DNA of 64,000 nucleotides from Bdellovibrionota bacterium (GTDB lineage: Bacteria > Bdellovibrionota > UBA2428): assembly GCA_044347615.1 (NCBI GenBank), contig JBIKUK010000003.1, positions 139,895-203,894 of the forward strand, given 5' to 3'. Below the pieces are notes generated by a model that saw only the letters and a list, made by a program, of their open reading frames with translations, ran no database searches and had not been told where the DNA came from. Below, piece by piece: positions 48,074 to 57,390 of this stretch. A program made the translations under genes and the position numbers. Numbering within the stretch: position 1 is the stretch's first letter; the number at the start of each line of letters is the position of its first letter.

Positions 48074-50595
48074 TTTCCTATTCCCATTTCTTTTAGCAAT
48101 ACAATAACTCGCTCAACTTCAGAGACAACCGTTCCGACGTCAGTGGAAAACCCATCAGCTGATATTTCTTTTGCAAAATCAGGAGTCACAACAGCTCCTC
48201 CAATTAAAACCTTAAAAGGAAGCTTACGCTCTTTGACAGCATCAATCACCACTTTCATTTGCATCATCGTTGTGGTCATCAAAGCTGAAAGAGCAACAAC
48301 TTGTGCTTTTTCCTTGATCGCTGTTTCGATAATCAATTCAGACTCAACGTTTCGACCTAAATCGATCACATTAAAACCAAAATTTCTAAGCATCAGGATA
48401 CATATGTTTTTTCCGATATCATGAATATCGCCTTTGACAGTGGCAAAAACAACAGTTCCCTTATCGCTTCCAGCTGAGCTTGCCGCACGAGCCTTGACCA
48501 GTAAGGGCTCAAGTACACCAACCCCCGCTTTCATGGCATCTGCTGCTGCAATAAGATGAGGAATAAACTTCACTCGAGCCCCAAAGAGATTTCCCAAATG
48601 CCTAATTGCGGGAGTCATCACTTCAAGAAACAAATTCATGGCATCCGCTGGACGTTCTTCAATAAATTGCTGAGTACATTTCACGGTTCGATCTTTTTGT
48701 CCTTCAACAATAGAACGAAAAATATCTTTTTCTAAATCGGAAACCTTTTCTAAAAAGTCAGGCTCTTTGTTGGGGTTATCTTTTGCCGATGGAGCTGCCG
48801 AACCCGCAGCCCCCGCCGCTCCTCCATGGCCTGCTCCACCCACAGCGAGATCAATTTTATCAGCAAAGTTTTCAATAAAACCCTGAACCGAATCAGCCTT
48901 AGGCCCCCACATATTCGCGGCACCTGCGAGAGCTTTGCCCATTTGATCTGTAACAGACATGATAGCTGAATCCAAACCATGCTGAACCGCACTTGATAAA
49001 AACGCATTATGAACAAATGTTCTATTCGGCAGACCAAAACTTACATTACTCAACCCCAAAGTTGTCGCTGCTCCAGGAAAATATTCTTTAATGAGCGCAA
49101 TTGTTTTTAAGCTTTGCTTAGAACCGTCTTGCATGGCTGAAACAACCAAACCTAAACAATCAAAAACAATATCTTCTTCTTTGAAATTATGTTTTTCAAA
49201 AAGTATTTTGGTTATTTTTTGAGCATTTTTTAAGCGGTCCTCTGCTCGAACAGGAACATCAACACCCGTGCACATACAAACCACTGCAGCACCGTGTTTT
49301 TTCATAATAGGAATGGCTTCGTCTAGCTTTTCATCTTCTGCGTTGAGACTATTAAGCAGAGGTCTTCCATAATAAACACTGGCTCCCGTATCGAGAGCAA
49401 AGCTATTGGCACTATCGATCATCAAAGGAACTGAATATTTATTTTGCACAGCCACAACAGCTGTTTTCATAAGAGCAGGTTCATCGACAAGAGGGACGCC
49501 CACGTTCAAATCTAACAATTTCCCACCCGCTTTTGTTTGTGCCTCCGCATCGGCAAGCAACAATTCAAGATCACCCTTCTTGAGGGATTCACTTAATTTT
49601 TTTCTTCCAGAGGGATTCATCTTTTCGCCAATCGGAACAAAAGGATGATTTCCCCCAAGCAAGACATAGGAAGAAAGACTCGACACAAGAACACGTGAGG
49701 CTTTTGAAGGATCTTTACGAAGAGAACTAAGCTGTGAAGATTTTTCTTTTACAAGGCGAATAAACTCAGGCGTTGTTCCGCAACATCCTCCGATGATATG
49801 TGCGCCCGCTTCGATAAATCTCTGCACATAAGGCTCAAGATCTTTTGCGCTCATTGGAAATTGAGTGCGACCTTCTTTAATTTTAGGCAATCCCGCATTG
49901 GGCTGAACGCTGATGTACAAAGGACTTACGCGAGACATCTTTTCGACAATTTTCACCATGGGCTCAGGTCCTGTTGAGCAGTTCACTCCTACTGCATCCG
50001 CGTGAAACCCTTCTGCAATGGCTGCAATATTTTCAGGAGTCGCACCTGTATCAGTTATTGCATCCGTATTAAACGTGGCATGTGCAACAAGAGGAATTGA
50101 AGAAGAAGCACTTCTCACGGCCGAGAGAGCCGCGCGAAATTCAATGCTATCAAACATTGTTTCGACAACAATTAAATCAACACCAATTTTAACAAGCGCA
50201 ACGGCTTGCTCGTAAAAGATTTCACAAACTTCATCAAAAGATTTTTGTCCTGTTGGATAGACCGTTTCTCCAGAGGGTCCAATATCACCTGCGACAAAAC
50301 ATCGCCCAGCACCGGCTTTGCGTGCAACTTCAACGGCTTTGGCATTGATCTCATACAAACGTTTATCGGATTGATACTCTGCCAAGCGCCACTTGCTGGC
50401 ACCAAAAGTATTGGTGAGAAGTATATCTGCTCCCGCATCTGCATATTCTTTTTGAGCTTTAAAAATAACTTCCGAATTATCCATCATCCAAACATCAGGG
50501 GCCATCCCTGCTGGTAGACCTCTGTTTTGAAGCAAAGCTCCCATGGAACCATCCAAGACAAGTATTCTTTTTTTGAGTTCGCTTCTAAAATCCAT
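48070..50595 (-). CDS. metH: cobalamin-dependent methionine synthase lacking the C-terminal AdoMet reactivation domain
   Basis: N-terminal homocysteine-binding domain (ILVLDGSMGALLQNRG). Pterin-binding domain. C-terminal B12-binding domain with DxHxxG (GDIHDIGKNI). Ends at 841 aa versus ~1227 for E. coli MetH. Confidence 0.85.
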   Translation of the reverse strand: MDFRSELKKRILVLDGSMGALLQNRGLPAGMAPDVWMMDNSEVIFKAQKEYADAGADILLTNTFGASKWRLAEYQSDKRLYEINAKAVEVARKAGAGRCFVAGDIGPSGETVYPTGQKSFDEVCEIFYEQAVALVKIGVDLIVVETMFDSIEFRAALSAVRSASSSIPLVAHATFNTDAITDTGATPENIAAIAEGFHADAVGVNCSTGPEPMVKIVEKMSRVSPLYISVQPNAGLPKIKEGRTQFPMSAKDLEPYVQRFIEAGAHIIGGCCGTTPEFIRLVKEKSSQLSSLRKDPSKASRVLVSSLSSYVLLGGNHPFVPIGEKMNPSGRKKLSESLKKGDLELLLADAEAQTKAGGKLLDLNVGVPLVDEPALMKTAVVAVQNKYSVPLMIDSANSFALDTGASVYYGRPLLNSLNAEDEKLDEAIPIMKKHGAAVVCMCTGVDVPVRAEDRLKNAQKITKILFEKHNFKEEDIVFDCLGLVVSAMQDGSKQSLKTIALIKEYFPGAATTLGLSNVSFGLPNRTFVHNAFLSSAVQHGLDSAIMSVTDQMGKALAGAANMWGPKADSVQGFIENFADKIDLAVGGAGHGGAAGAAGSAAPSAKDNPNKEPDFLEKVSDLEKDIFRSIVEGQKDRTVKCTQQFIEERPADAMNLFLEVMTPAIRHLGNLFGARVKFIPHLIAAADAMKAGVGVLEPLLVKARAASSAGSDKGTVVFATVKGDIHDIGKNICILMLRNFGFNVIDLGRNVESELIIETAIKEKAQVVALSALMTTTMMQMKVVIDAVKERKLPFKVLIGGAVVTPDFAKEISADGFSTDVGTVVSEVERVIVLLKEMGIGK

Positions 50596-50617
50596 ATGTC
50601 TTACCTCTCAATTTAAC

Positions 50618-52102
50618 TTAAAAATTTAAATTTCTAACAAAAGCATCTTGAAAATCATCTTGTAGCGCAAGCTCTAAAGGCTTTAATTTTTTTAAAAGTT
50701 CAGCACAGTACTTTTCTTGCTCATCAAGACTTGAAATCGCATACAAGAGAGTTCCCTTGAGCGAACTATTTCCAATCGTTTCAAAAGGAATTTCCTCAGG
50801 TAAAAGCCCAATACCTCTCACCGCTTCTTCTTTGAGGTGCTCAGCAAAAGTACCTGCAAGATAAATCTTTTTTGGACGAACTCCGGCTCGATCAATCAAA
50901 AGGTCACAAGCCGTTCGAGTTGCCGATTTAGCCAATTGAAATTCACGAACATCATCTGCAACAAGGTAGATTTCATCATTCAACATCAACTTGCCATCTG
51001 GAAGATAACCGTCGCTCTGAAGTAATTCCCCTTTAACAGCTTCATAGAGTATATCCATCAAACCCGAACCACAAATTCCACGAGGCTTATCTTGACCAAT
51101 TGTTTCCAAATCCCACTGAGAGTTTTTATAAACAGCATGACTAATAGCGCCAGCCTCAGCTCGCATACCTTGGACAATATTTCCACCTTCAAAAGCAGGC
51201 CCGGCAGGAGCACTCGAAAAATAAAACTCCCCTTTCCCGTTTGCGAGGACAATTTCTGTATTTGTTCCAATATCCACAAGCATCCAAGGCTCTTGAGCTT
51301 GAAGCTTTTCAATATAAAAAAGTCCTGCAAAAGTATCTGCACCTACAAAGCCTCCCAAAAGAGGAAGCGATTTAAACTTTATGTTTAGTTTGTCAGAAAA
51401 AGACTCAAAAGCCTCTCTGTAAAGAGGTTGAAAAGGAAAAACCGCAAGACTTGAAATATCCCAATTGTGTAAAAAACTAAGAATCGCGGAATTACCTGAG
51501 CAAAAAAGTCCCTTTTCCTTGGCCTTACCAAACAACTCAGGGCGAAGCTTTTCGATTTCTTTTAAACATGGTCCAAGCGACTCCAGAATCTTTTCATGAA
51601 GTAAAGAGACTCCCCGATCTTGAGCAACTTTTAACCGAGTCATGACATCCGCACCAAAACGAACCTGTTTATTGAGCAAATGAGTTTCTACTAAAACATT
51701 GCCATTCTCATCTGCAAGAGCCACGACAACACCAGTGGACCCAAGATCACAGACAAGCACAGGACTCACGCAAGAAGAATGTTCGCTTTTGACGATCACT
51801 CGAGGCTTTGCATTTAGATTTTCAACATCAGGCACTAAACAACTTAGATTTGTTCTCGGATGAGCTTGGCAAGAAAGCCTCCACCCCGCAGCTAATTCAG
51901 ATTCTGAAAAAGCTTTTCTATCAGCAGCTGTGATCGCTACAAAACCTTCTTTAATTTTGACTCGACACTTTGTACAACTTCCCGCACCTCCGCACGCTGC
52001 ATTCACAGGAATTCCCGCATCTTGTAAAAAATGCAGAAGCTTATGACCAACATTAACTTGAAGTTCAAAATTCTCAGATCGAGATTCAACTTTTATTTTC
52101 AT
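50618..52102 (-). CDS. RACo-like protein: N-terminal plant-type [2Fe-2S] ferredoxin domain + ASKHA-fold ATPase domain (DUF4445; reductive activator of corrinoid proteins family)
   Basis: CGGAGSCTKCRVKI (C-x4-C-x2-C ferredoxin motif). ASKHA phosphate motifs LVCDLGSTGVVVAL and DIGTNTEIVLA. Confidence 0.7.
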   Translation of the reverse strand: MKIKVESRSENFELQVNVGHKLLHFLQDAGIPVNAACGGAGSCTKCRVKIKEGFVAITAADRKAFSESELAAGWRLSCQAHPRTNLSCLVPDVENLNAKPRVIVKSEHSSCVSPVLVCDLGSTGVVVALADENGNVLVETHLLNKQVRFGADVMTRLKVAQDRGVSLLHEKILESLGPCLKEIEKLRPELFGKAKEKGLFCSGNSAILSFLHNWDISSLAVFPFQPLYREAFESFSDKLNIKFKSLPLLGGFVGADTFAGLFYIEKLQAQEPWMLVDIGTNTEIVLANGKGEFYFSSAPAGPAFEGGNIVQGMRAEAGAISHAVYKNSQWDLETIGQDKPRGICGSGLMDILYEAVKGELLQSDGYLPDGKLMLNDEIYLVADDVREFQLAKSATRTACDLLIDRAGVRPKKIYLAGTFAEHLKEEAVRGIGLLPEEIPFETIGNSSLKGTLLYAISSLDEQEKYCAELLKKLKPLELALQDDFQDAFVRNLNF

Positions 52103-52119
52103 TATTTTTTAAATAATTT

Positions 52120-53976
52120 TCATTTCCTAAAAAGCTTTATAAGCTCCAAAGCAACTTCTACTTTACCCAAAGGAGCATTCACACAAAAGCCCTCGCAAGA
52201 ATTTTCTAATTTCTTCATGGTTTTGAGGGCAAGATCTATTCCTCGCTTTATAGCTTCTTCTTTGTTATCTTTTGTTTTTTCCATTTCTTGCAAAATAGAT
52301 TCAGGAACCTTCACACCAGGAACCTCATGTGCAAGAAACTCTGCATTTGCGTAACTGATAAAGGGCCAAATACCAACAAGATGTGGTCGACTATCCGCTG
52401 AGATATTTTCCCGCCAGCGCATATAAGACTCAGGATCAAAGATGGGTTGTGTCACCGCAAAATCAGCTCCTGATTCACATTTGTATTTCCAGCGTTGTAT
52501 TTCGAGCTCAATATTAATTGCTGTTGGATTAGAAGCCACCCCAATACCAAAATTAGTGGGCTTGCCCAAATTTTCGCCCTTAGGACTTATTCCTTTGTTG
52601 AGAGAATTCATCATGTAGGTCAAACCAATTGCATCAACATCATAAACCGAAGTTGCCTCGCGATTATTTCCAAGCTTAGGAGGATCACCTGTTACAACAA
52701 GTACATCATAAACAGAATTCACATAAGCGCCCAAAAGATCCGACTGAAGCGCAATCAAGTTACGATCACGCGTTGTAAAATGTGGCAAAGCTTTTAAGTT
52801 AAACCTTGGATCTCTGTTTACAAGAGAAGCCACATGCATGGAGCTAATACGAGTACTTGCACGAGGACCATCGGGAACGTTTACAAAATCAATTTTATTT
52901 TGATCGATTAATTCCAATTGCTGAAGAAACTTCTCAACATCAGGTCCCTTGGGCGGAAGAACTTCAATCGAAAAGATCTTTCTTCCTTCTCTTAACTTCT
53001 GACCCATGTACGATTCTTTGCGTTCGATTAAAGGTCTTTGAGTAACTTGGATTTTTTGAGAATCTTTTTTTTCAGCACTCTGATCGCGCACAACAACGAC
53101 ACGCTTTGAATTGAGCATTCGAACTGCATTTCGGATGGCACGAATGTGATCAGGACCCGTTCCGCAACATCCCCCCACACCTGCAGCTCCAGCCTCAACA
53201 AAATTCTTCGCATATTTTGCCATATAGTCAGGGCTTGTCATATAAAAATAACGCCCGTTGAGCTGATTAGGAATGCCCGCATTTGGCTGAACGATAATCG
53301 GTTTAGTTATTGACGGAGCAATCTTTTTAAGTGTTTTATATAAATCACTCGGCCCCTGACCACAATTAAGGCCTACAGCCTGTATGTCCTCACGATGAGA
53401 AATTCTATCTATGAAATTTTGAATCAAATTCTCTTGATGACTGATAGGCGCAAAAGAAGCCAGAATCGGAGTTTTTGAATCCACACTTCGAACACCTTCT
53501 ATGGCGTCTTCTAATTCCGAAATATTTGTAAAGGTTTCTAAAATATAAAGATCAAAGTTTCCGTGTTTCAAAGCGGCAGCTGCAATTTCTGCAAAATAAG
53601 ACCGCGCCTCTTGTCGGCTGGTAGGCCCCAGCGGCTCAATTAAGACTCCCGTAGGTCCAATAGAAAAAGCAATTTTTACGTCTGTTCCCTTACGAGCCTT
53701 GTTGGCTATTTCAAGAGCAGCTTTTATGAGTTCCCCTTGCTTATCTTCGATATCAAACTTTTTCAGCTGAGGGCGACTAATCGAAAACGTATTGGTTGTA
53801 ATAACATTTGCACCTGCTTTGATATAAGCCTCATGGACGGCAAGAACATCTCCAGGGGCACTTAGATTAAGTTCCTCGAAAGGTCGATTGATAAAAAAAC
53901 CCTTCCCATAGAGCTCTGTTCCAATTCCGCCATCAAAAACAATTATTCCATTGTCAAACACTCTCTTATGATTCAT
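52120..53976 (-). CDS. bifunctional homocysteine S-methyltransferase / 5,10-methylenetetrahydrofolate reductase (YitJ-like)
   Basis: N-terminal IVFDGGIGTELYGKG...VITTNTF Hcy-methyltransferase domain. C-terminal MTHFR-like domain. 618 aa as in B. subtilis YitJ. Confidence 0.8.
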   Translation of the reverse strand: MNHKRVFDNGIIVFDGGIGTELYGKGFFINRPFEELNLSAPGDVLAVHEAYIKAGANVITTNTFSISRPQLKKFDIEDKQGELIKAALEIANKARKGTDVKIAFSIGPTGVLIEPLGPTSRQEARSYFAEIAAAALKHGNFDLYILETFTNISELEDAIEGVRSVDSKTPILASFAPISHQENLIQNFIDRISHREDIQAVGLNCGQGPSDLYKTLKKIAPSITKPIIVQPNAGIPNQLNGRYFYMTSPDYMAKYAKNFVEAGAAGVGGCCGTGPDHIRAIRNAVRMLNSKRVVVVRDQSAEKKDSQKIQVTQRPLIERKESYMGQKLREGRKIFSIEVLPPKGPDVEKFLQQLELIDQNKIDFVNVPDGPRASTRISSMHVASLVNRDPRFNLKALPHFTTRDRNLIALQSDLLGAYVNSVYDVLVVTGDPPKLGNNREATSVYDVDAIGLTYMMNSLNKGISPKGENLGKPTNFGIGVASNPTAINIELEIQRWKYKCESGADFAVTQPIFDPESYMRWRENISADSRPHLVGIWPFISYANAEFLAHEVPGVKVPESILQEMEKTKDNKEEAIKRGIDLALKTMKKLENSCEGFCVNAPLGKVEVALELIKLFRK

Positions 53977-53995
53977 CTCTAAGGTTTTAAATTCA

Positions 53996-55804
53996 ATGAA
54001 AATTTTTTATTTTTGGGCCATTATTTTGAGCTCATTCTTTTTTCAGTTTTTAAGGTCTCAACCAAAAGAACAAGAAATCGTCGTCTCGGTCGAGAGCCAA
54101 GAAATTGACGAAAGCCCCTCTCCCCAAAATTACCAACTACCTAAGCAATCTCTCGAAATCTCCTCACAAAAAACCCTGGGAGATATTTTAAAAAAAGAAA
54201 ACGGCTTTCAATTTAATTCTAACTTTCAAGGCATTAGCACGAGCACCATTCGAGGCCTTGGAAACGGAAACATTCTTGTTATCTGGAATGGTATACGACT
54301 CAATGACTTACTTGATCCAAGCTCAAGCTTTGATTTTTCGAGACTCAAATTATCAGGTGAAGAAAAAATAGAAATCATCAGAGGACCTGAGGCAAGCATT
54401 TGGGGATCAAGTTCAACAGGAGCCGTTGTCTTCATTCATCAAGATCTTTCAAAAGCAAAAAGTCATCTAGAAGGAAGCTATGCCACATACAACAGCTTTA
54501 ACCTTGAAGGTCTTTTTCAAAAAAACTTTAGAAACACAAAATCCTTAATTTTTGGAAACCTATTTTCAACAGAGGGCATCTCCTCCGCTAGCTCAAAATT
54601 AGGAAATAGCGAAAAAGACGGAAGAAGCTCTCAAAACGGATTCTTCTTTACGAATACTCAACTTTCTAAAAACTGGAACCTTAACTCTTCTTCTTTTATC
54701 AACCACTCCTTCAACGAAGCTGATTTAAGAGGTGGCACTGGAGGTGACGAAATAGGAGCGCGCGATTCAGGACTCAATCTGGCCCTTCACCTGAACGCAC
54801 TCTATGACTCTCAGAAAAACTATCAAAACAAAAGCTCAATTTCTTATCAAAAAGATTTTCGTTATCATAAAAACTCAGTTGAATATGCTCGCTATGAAAG
54901 TGATTTCGTATCTCTTCAAAATGAAAATAAATGGAAAATTGGAGAGCAACACAAACTCACTTCTGCTTTTGAGAGTGACTTTGAAAAAGCAAACAGTTCA
55001 GAAACAACAGGGATCATCAACAAAAAGAAATACTCCTTAGGCCTGAGAAATCTCTACGATGCACATTTTGAGAAATTTGATTTTAAAGCGGGCCTCAGAC
55101 TTGAGAAAGAACTCAATCTTTCTTCCAAATTAAATCTAGCTTATTTCTCAAGCCTAAGCCTGCCCATCCATTTAACAAATTCTATTCTTCATTTATCAGC
55201 TGCCAAAGCCTACAGAAGAGCAAGCCTCTACCAACTTTTTTCAAGCTACGGGAATCCCTCGCTTCAAGCTGAGGATGTTGTTTCCTACGAGGCTGGAATT
55301 CTCCAAGATCTTGAAAAAATTAATTCGACCTTTGAAACAACTTTTTTTGACAATCACTTAAAAGAAAGTATCGACTTTGATTTTGTCACAGAAAAATACT
55401 TTAATGGAGGCGATAAAAAAAACCACGGAATAGAAAGTGCTCTTGAAACCAAGTGGAACTCTAAAGTAAAAACTCGAACAACTTACACATGGACAGATTC
55501 CCAATCTTTAAGGGTTGCCGAACACAAAGCCTCGCTCGGATTAACCTATAACATTTCACCTACATTAAAGATGACTTACGAAGCTCTCTTTAATGGACGC
55601 AAAAAAGACATCGATGCGGTCACTTATGATGTTAAACTCATGAAACCCTATTGGCTCTTGAACTCATACTTTGAATATAAAATAAAAGAAAATCTTCTTG
55701 CTAGATTTCACATAGACAATATTCTTAATACTGAGTACGAGGAAATTGATGGATTTGGAAGCCCAGGAAGGTACACAAAACTTTCACTCAGGTACTCATT
55801 CTAA
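53996..55804 (+). CDS. TonB-dependent outer-membrane receptor, BtuB-like
   Basis: Signal peptide. Candidate TonB box EIVVSVE. Plug domain (ILKKENGFQF...IEIIRGPEASIWGSSSTGAVVFI). C-terminal RYTKLSLRYSF ending in aromatic residue. ~600 aa like BtuB. Confidence 0.75.
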   Translation: MKIFYFWAIILSSFFFQFLRSQPKEQEIVVSVESQEIDESPSPQNYQLPKQSLEISSQKTLGDILKKENGFQFNSNFQGISTSTIRGLGNGNILVIWNGIRLNDLLDPSSSFDFSRLKLSGEEKIEIIRGPEASIWGSSSTGAVVFIHQDLSKAKSHLEGSYATYNSFNLEGLFQKNFRNTKSLIFGNLFSTEGISSASSKLGNSEKDGRSSQNGFFFTNTQLSKNWNLNSSSFINHSFNEADLRGGTGGDEIGARDSGLNLALHLNALYDSQKNYQNKSSISYQKDFRYHKNSVEYARYESDFVSLQNENKWKIGEQHKLTSAFESDFEKANSSETTGIINKKKYSLGLRNLYDAHFEKFDFKAGLRLEKELNLSSKLNLAYFSSLSLPIHLTNSILHLSAAKAYRRASLYQLFSSYGNPSLQAEDVVSYEAGILQDLEKINSTFETTFFDNHLKESIDFDFVTEKYFNGGDKKNHGIESALETKWNSKVKTRTTYTWTDSQSLRVAEHKASLGLTYNISPTLKMTYEALFNGRKKDIDAVTYDVKLMKPYWLLNSYFEYKIKENLLARFHIDNILNTEYEEIDGFGSPGRYTKLSLRYSF

Positions 55805-56327
55805 ATTTACGAATTTCTTTGCAATCTCTCTTCTTCTACATATCATTGGACTAGGATTTTTCTTCAAAAAAAACACCAACCCTTTTCTTTCAGATAAAAA
55901 AATTGTCATCCATTTAAGCGGAGGAGAAAAGACTCAAATTTTAAAGCAAAAAAATAATTACGAACAAGCAAAATTAAGCACCCACAAAAAAACCCAAAAC
56001 TCCTTTGCGACTCTCTCTCATCCAATATCAGAAAGATTTTCAAACACAAAAGACGACACTCTAACCTCTGCTGCAAACTTTGAAGCAGTATACCCTCGCC
56101 TTTCAAGAATATTCAAAGAGCAAGGAGAGGTCGTTTTCAAAATTAAAAAATCTGATCACATAGAAAAACTAAGTTTTGAAATGATCAAATCATCTAGTCA
56201 CAAAAGACTTGATCACGCTGCTGAAGAAGCTCTCGAAACAAACAAAAAGAAAATTTTAACTTTAATCCAGGATCAAAACATAGAGCATATTCGCTTCGAA
56301 TTTAAACTTACCCGAAAAGAACCATAA
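55746..56327 (+). CDS. TonB-family protein (C-terminal TonB domain)
   Basis: N-terminal TM helix FAISLLLHIIGLGFFF. C-terminal AVYPRLSRIFKEQGEVVFKIKK...SSSHKRLDHAAEEAL resembles the TonB C-terminal domain. ORF-table start overlaps the receptor gene by 58 nt; true start uncertain. Confidence 0.5.
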   Translation: MMDLEAQEGTQNFHSGTHSKFTNFFAISLLLHIIGLGFFFKKNTNPFLSDKKIVIHLSGGEKTQILKQKNNYEQAKLSTHKKTQNSFATLSHPISERFSNTKDDTLTSAANFEAVYPRLSRIFKEQGEVVFKIKKSDHIEKLSFEMIKSSSHKRLDHAAEEALETNKKKILTLIQDQNIEHIRFEFKLTRKEP

Positions 56328-56342
56328 TTTTCTGAAAATAAT

Positions 56343-57389
56343 TTATTTCTTAACGAATAGGTAATGAGACACTCCCCATTCCTGTCCTTTTTTATATCCA
56401 AAAAGCTCTGCACACGACAAAAAGAATATCCGCCATCGTTGAAACCAACGAGCCGACTCTTTTTCACCATAGGTTCTTTTTAAAATTTCCATAACCTGTG
56501 GTTTTTTTTGATCTAAATTCTTTAGCCAGTCCTCAGATGTTTTAGAATAATGAGTTCCATTCCAAAGCCATTGCTTTGAAAGTTTCATGTCTTTTTGAAA
56601 ATAACTTAAAAGGCTGTGGCTCGGCATTTGACCGCCCGTAAAAAAATACTTACCCATCCAATTATCTTCCCCCTCGGTTTCAAAAAGATAGGGAGAGCTT
56701 TTATGAGTAAAAATGTGAACAAAAAGTTTTCCTTCAGGCTTTAACCAAGTTGAAATTCGATGGAGCAATAACTCGTAATTTCTCAAATGCTCAAACATTT
56801 CAACACTGGCCACACGATCAAAAAGACCAAATTCTTCTGCTAAAGTCTCTACGTTTTCAATGTTTCGAGTGAGGACTTGAACATTCCTCAGACCTTCACT
56901 TTCGCAGCGCTCCTGAATATAAAGCCTTTGAGGCTGAGAATTAGACAAAGCGACAATTTTTGAGTTTGGATATTTTCGAGCCATCGCCAAAGTTAACGAT
57001 CCCCAGCCGCAGCCTAATTCAAGAATGCTCATTCCATCTTTAATTTCAATTCGGTGAACGGTCTCCTGAAGAGCAATATCTTCAGCTTTATCCAAAGTTG
57101 TATCTGGATCAGAGTAGTAAGCGGAACTGTATTTTTTATTTTTACCTAAAACTAAATGAAAAAACTCAGAGGGAAGTTCATAATGCTGTTCATTTGCTTT
57201 GTGGGCCTCGGGAGCAAGGGGAGATTTTTTTAACTCCTCAACATATTCAAGAACCTTCTCATTTAAAAGCATCTCATCTTTGAGGGTGATACTTTTTAAA
57301 CGATCACGACATAACTTACGAATTCCCATGCGAATTGCAAAATCAGGAACCAAACCACGCTCCATCGCCTCAATCACAAGATTATACAT
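56343..57389 (-). CDS. Cfa-like class I SAM-dependent methyltransferase
   Basis: ILELGCGWGSLTLAMARKY SAM motif. Cfa-family layout. Confidence 0.8.
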   Translation of the reverse strand: MYNLVIEAMERGLVPDFAIRMGIRKLCRDRLKSITLKDEMLLNEKVLEYVEELKKSPLAPEAHKANEQHYELPSEFFHLVLGKNKKYSSAYYSDPDTTLDKAEDIALQETVHRIEIKDGMSILELGCGWGSLTLAMARKYPNSKIVALSNSQPQRLYIQERCESEGLRNVQVLTRNIENVETLAEEFGLFDRVASVEMFEHLRNYELLLHRISTWLKPEGKLFVHIFTHKSSPYLFETEGEDNWMGKYFFTGGQMPSHSLLSYFQKDMKLSKQWLWNGTHYSKTSEDWLKNLDQKKPQVMEILKRTYGEKESARWFQRWRIFFLSCAELFGYKKGQEWGVSHYLFVKK

Positions 57390-57390
57390 T

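Noticed and set aside
53977-53995. Expected cobalamin riboswitch upstream of BtuB-like receptor / S-box upstream of yitJ-like gene
   Set aside because: Only 19 bp separate the divergent start codons. This is too short for either riboswitch, and no conserved riboswitch core was seen nearby.
55746-55804. 58-nt overlap between TonB-dependent receptor 3' end and TonB-like ORF start
   Set aside because: Overlap is longer than usual. Probably the TonB-like gene uses a downstream non-ATG start that I could not identify. Kept the ORF but with reduced confidence rather than calling a programmed overlap.
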